A stretch of DNA of 64,000 nt, taken from positions 92,320,001-92,384,000 of the forward strand of contig NC_086097.1 in NCBI RefSeq assembly GCF_963921235.1. Direction: 5' to 3'. Every line of letters starts with the position of its first letter. The first letter of the stretch is position 1. The notes under the pieces were generated by a model, which did no database searches, had not been told where the DNA came from, and saw only the letters and a program-made list of their open reading frames with translations. The position numbers were made by a program, and so were the translations under genes. Positions 59,748 to 64,000 of this stretch are shown in pieces. The DNA is from Mobula hypostoma. Taxonomy: Eukaryota.

Positions 59748-62488
59748 TTAATTGTCGGGCCCAAGAAAGCTGAGGTAAACAGAAAGGGACAGAGAATGAA
59801 TGAAGCTTTGAGATAGCCTAACCCCGCAAAAATGTCCCTGGAAAGTAATTCAAGCATGTGTTGATTTTCCCTATCCTTCCATCACATCTGGTACGATGCT
59901 TTCTCCACATGTGTGGGACTACAGTTTGCAAATCAGGATAATTGAGTGATCCTGACATGATTCTGGGACTTCCTTAGTTCTGTAGAAGCAACAATTACGT
60001 CTCCATCGTGTTCTTTAAAGCGGGGGGGGGGGTGTGGCACCTTTTCAGTGAATTCCAAAGGAGTATTACTTGCAGAGCCTCTGCAATGGCTCAACAACCA
60101 AGTGTTGCAAACACGTAGGAGCCTGGAGTTTTTGCAATCACGTACTTTATTTCTTTGGCAGGTTGCTAATTTTTCACTCTGATGAATTTCCATGAAATCT
60201 CAGTTGCAGTATAAGTAATTAATTGTAGAAAAGTTCCTGGGAGTTTCCTTTTTGCTGATCTAATCCATCCGATCTTCCACATCAGAACACAAACCTCAGA
60301 CCTTATGAAGGGTCTTAGCTGTTTTCCTCCACCATTTTGTGTGTGCTGCACACTTACCCTTTCACCCCACCATAAACTCTGACCAAGATGCTAGGAAAAT
60401 AACTGATGAAATACTAGAACATTGCGCTCTTCAGTTCTTCAGTGATAAGGCACAGGTAACAGATCAGGTATTGTAGGTCTGGGACTGGGCTTGGGGGTTA
60501 AGGGTGTATGCCCATAGAGACCATGTTTTTGGAACTGGGATGATGAGTTCCAGCAGACTTGGGACCAAATTCCAAATTCTAGTGGACAAGTCAGTCTAGA
60601 TAACTTTGATAAGCCTATGTTATATATGGGAATAGTTCTCATTGCCACAAATCAATTCTAATTAATGAGACTTGGTCTCACAATGAGTTCTACATGGCCC
60701 CTTGAGAAACAGATTATATTAAACAGATTTTAAAGTGTCCTATGTTGAAATTAGTAATTCTGGACAAATGTAAAGCCAGTTAGATTCCCTTCAATTGTTT
60801 TCACAATAATTTTCACACCAAGTTTTCCAAGAACCTGTTTGACATGTTGTTCAAAGCCAGTGTACATTCCTTTTCTTTTATTATTAAACAATATATATTA
60901 GTTCCTCTCCTTAATACACAACAGCACTTTAAACCTCACCACCATCCCTACCCAGCCACAAGTCAATTCTTATATTTGGTCACACTTTGTACATTAGCAT
61001 ACTTAGATGTTTTTGACAACACCACTGTTGTTGGCCGAATCAACAGTAGTGTCAACTTGACATATGGAGGCGGGGGGGTGGGGGTGCGGAGATTGAAAAT
61101 CTGAAAATCTGCTGGAATGGTGCCACACAACAACCTCTCACTCTACGTCCGCACAACCAAAGACTACAGCAGGAAAAAGCTGGAGGTCCATGAACCAGCC
61201 TCAATGGGGGTTTGGAGGCGGAGGGATGTCAGTAACTTTAAATTCTTTTGTATTATCATATCAGATGACCTGCCCATGGGCCAGCAATGGGGCATTTTGA
61301 GCTATTCTGGAACCCATATGAGAGAAAATAAGTGCTGGCACTGGAGAAGATCCAGAGGAGTTTTACGAGAGCACTTGTACTCACTGGAGATTAGAAGAAT
61401 GAGCGGGGGGGGGGGGAATCTCATTGAAACATTTTTTTTCGTTAGGTCGCATCTGGAAATTCCAGTTGGTGGACGATTTCACTCCACGCAGCTCTGACAT
61501 ATTGGGAAATCATGTTCGTGGCAGGTTACAGCAGTGGTTTGCCTTTGCCTTCTGCCGGGTGAGATCACCACCTCTTGCAGTGGATGACCAGGACGTCTAA
61601 GTGCCTTGTCGTGCTCTTAGCGCTCCACCATGCCTGCTGCCCGGCCTTCTTGACCGTTGGACCATTAATCGGTCTCCTCCGCTCCATCCGCCAGGGCCAG
61701 ACTTCACATACTGGGACAGGCAGATCCCCTACCTCACTGAGGGTCGAAGACCCAGTTGGCTACCCTCACCTGGTTTGGCCCATCTGCCAAGACGGTTTAC
61801 CAGGGTGTGGCCGCTGCGCGTGTTACAGCTACTTGGAGCCACAGGTGAGAGCTGAGCGCCAGGCGGGGACCAAAGGTGGACGAGCTGCCCTGAGAAAGGG
61901 CATGGCAGACCCCCCCACCAGGGGTGCTACCCCTCCCTAGACACCCCATACACCCCCATTGAAACATACTGAATATTAATATAAACATCCTCTCCACATA
62001 CACTCTATCTCGGAGTTTTAACATTGAAATATACCAAGTATTAAAACTCCTCAATAGAGTATATGTGGAGAGGATGTTTCTATTGGTAGGAGAGTCTAGG
62101 ACCAGAGAGCATAGCTTCAGAATAGAAGGACGTCCCTTTAGAACAGAGATGATGGAGGAGAATCTATGGAATTCATTGCTACAGGCGGTTGTGGAGACCA
62201 AATCATGGGGTATATTTAAAGCAGAGGTTTAAACGCTGATACTACAAAGCTTGGTGGGAAGATGACCTGTGAGAAAGGTTCAAGGATTCTGCAAAGGAAT
62301 CTGAACACGTTAATAGATAGATCACGTGGTCACATGGTCTTATGGTCCTATTACATTAGCGGTTATATATGTTATATGTTTGAGGATGTGAAAGCTAACT
62401 AGAAATAAAATCTATTTTGCTTTATTTACCCTGACCCCAGTAACACCGCAACTTTATCAGTGAAATAAGCTTTACCATGTGTTTGTCC
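59748..62488 (-). CDS. Candidate last three exons (62488-62430, 60390-60358, 59769-59748) of an unidentified gene: GQTHGKAYFTDKVAVLLGSG-ILVRVYGGVKG-FLGPDN*
   Basis: Each exon has a pyrimidine-rich AG acceptor. Donors are AGG|GTAAAT and AGG|GTAAGT. Phases 0/2/2 join into an open frame. No homology recognised. Confidence 0.25.
61433..61956 (-). mobile_element. Non-coding retroposon headed by an HDV-like ribozyme, inserted in a CR1 fragment
   Basis: 11-bp TSD CATTGAAACAT at 61422-61432 and 61957-61967, and a short polyA. The tail is shared with the SINE at 39604-39852. Confidence 0.8.
61765..61947 (-). ncRNA. Predicted HDV-like self-cleaving ribozyme, copy 2
   Basis: P1 GGGGTGT/ACACCCT, P2 CTCACCTG/CAGGTGAG, P3 GGC/GCC, L3 TCCAAGTA, P4 CCGTCT/AGATGG and J4/2 GCCAAA. 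Confidence 0.65.
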
Positions 62489-63744
62489 CTGCTTGAGATA
62501 AGATCAGGAAAAAAATAGAAAAGCATGGAAACTGGCCGAAAGCAGAGTCAACATACCCTGTCATCTTCCCTTTGAATTATTATGAATAATATATTAATCT
62601 CGGTTGTGTTATTTTAGTAGGTTTGAATTTTCTGCTGTGAGACAGGTCCATCAAATGAAGTCCTTGTGCTAAGCAATTTTCTTGGGTGAAGTACATTGCA
62701 AAAGGTTGCTACATAAAATGCCCTCATGAGTTTGAAGGAATGACACATTAGCACAGACAGAGAACTGACTGATGGCAGGAAGAAAGAACAAATCAGGTGG
62801 GCATCGTGTTCGGTGCCTCAGGGATCAGTTGTGGCCTGTCAAATGTTCGCATTAAGGCTTGTTTGAAATGATGGGGAGTGTTGAGTATACAGGATTGCTG
62901 ATACTACAAAGCTCGGTGGGAAGGTGACCTGTGAGAAAGGTTCAAGGAATCTGCAAAGGAATCTGAACACGTTAATGGAGTGGCTGGCAAAGTGTTCGAT
63001 TGAACAGAATATAGGAAGACTAGAGTCTGTTCATTTTGTTCAGTAGAAAAGGCCGAAAAAACGTTACCACTTTGCATATCTTTTTGAGAAGCCACATTGG
63101 CACGCAGGTCATACAAGTCCACCAGGATGGCTTTTCTTTCATAAAGGTCTCATAAGTCTGGGAACACGTATATGTGGCTCCAGGCATGTTAGACCTTGCA
63201 AGCTAATCAGTTTAAGGACAAGAAAGCACATCAATAGCTAACTGGATGTCCATCCTCAATTTGAATACCAAGGTGAAAGTCACAAACTAGACATAACTTA
63301 GAAGCCCCACTAATCTTGAGAGACATACAACAGGATGAGGGAAGACCAAGATTACCCAAAGGCGCACTATCAACACAAACCCCTATCACATTCCACGAAT
63401 GGTAGAGCACATTGCTCCAAGATGAGACAGATAAGGTCATAAGGCCATAAAATACAGGAGCAGAATTAGGCCATTTGGCCCATTGAGTCCTCTCCACTAT
63501 TTCATTGTGGCTGGTCGATTTCCCCTCTCTGCCCCATTTTTCTGACTTCTGTCCGTATCCCTCCATGCCCTGACCAATCAAGAGTCTATCAATTTCCACC
63601 TCAAATATATCCCAATGATTTGGTCTCCACAGTTGCCTATGGAAACATCAACATCAAGATGATGCTATGATTGAGTACCTTCAGTTAGGTGGGCTTGGAA
63701 AGATTCCCCACCACCATTAAAATAAAAAAAAACTGAAACAAATG

Positions 63745-63900
63745 CAAAAAAATACACACTCAGCAGGTCGGACTGCATCTGTGGAAAGAGGAATAGAGTT
63801 AATGTTTCCAGTCAAGAATTTTCATCAGATATTAATCCTGTTTCTCTTTCCACAGAATGTGTCTGATTTGCTGAGTGTTTACAGCTGTTTTTGTTTTTAA
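63745..63900. mobile_element. Miniature inverted-repeat Penelope-derived element
   Basis: ACACTCAGCAGGTCGGAC...CTGTGGAAAGAG pairs with CTCTTTCCACAG...GTCTGATTTGCTGAGTGT. Confidence 0.65.
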
Positions 63901-64000
63901 TCCTTAATACCTTACAGTGGATGCACTGTAAAATATCCATACTGGTTGCAACATGCCCCAGTACAGCAATTTCAATGCACAAGAACACAAGATGATCTGA

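Overview
This is eukaryotic, repeat-dominated genomic DNA. The mix of CR1, L1, Rex/Babar-like, RTE, Penelope, Gypsy, Tc1/pogo and HE1/V-type SINE sequence suggests a cartilaginous fish such as a ray or shark (inference). Most long ORFs in the track are retroelement remnants, and no complete host gene is present. A CpG-rich island at ~16.4-17.6 kb holds a convincing minus-strand signal-peptide first exon (16646-16583). It may also drive a head-to-head plus-strand gene. A few weak candidate exons lie at 59.7-62.5 kb. The most interesting signal is catalytic RNA. Two TSD-bounded non-coding retroposons (57667-58183 +, 61433-61956 -) begin exactly with a predicted HDV-like ribozyme, which shows compensatory changes between the copies and carries an extra hairpin in loop L3. 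A young Penelope element with ~610-bp inverted arms carries minimal hammerhead ribozymes. Other structure includes a twin-primed L1, a fossil ~43-bp satellite (28.1-36.9 kb) broken by nested insertions, a Tigger4/Zombi-like transposon, head/tail module swapping among SINEs, and local template-switch scars. All family names come from motif recognition by eye, not from database searches.
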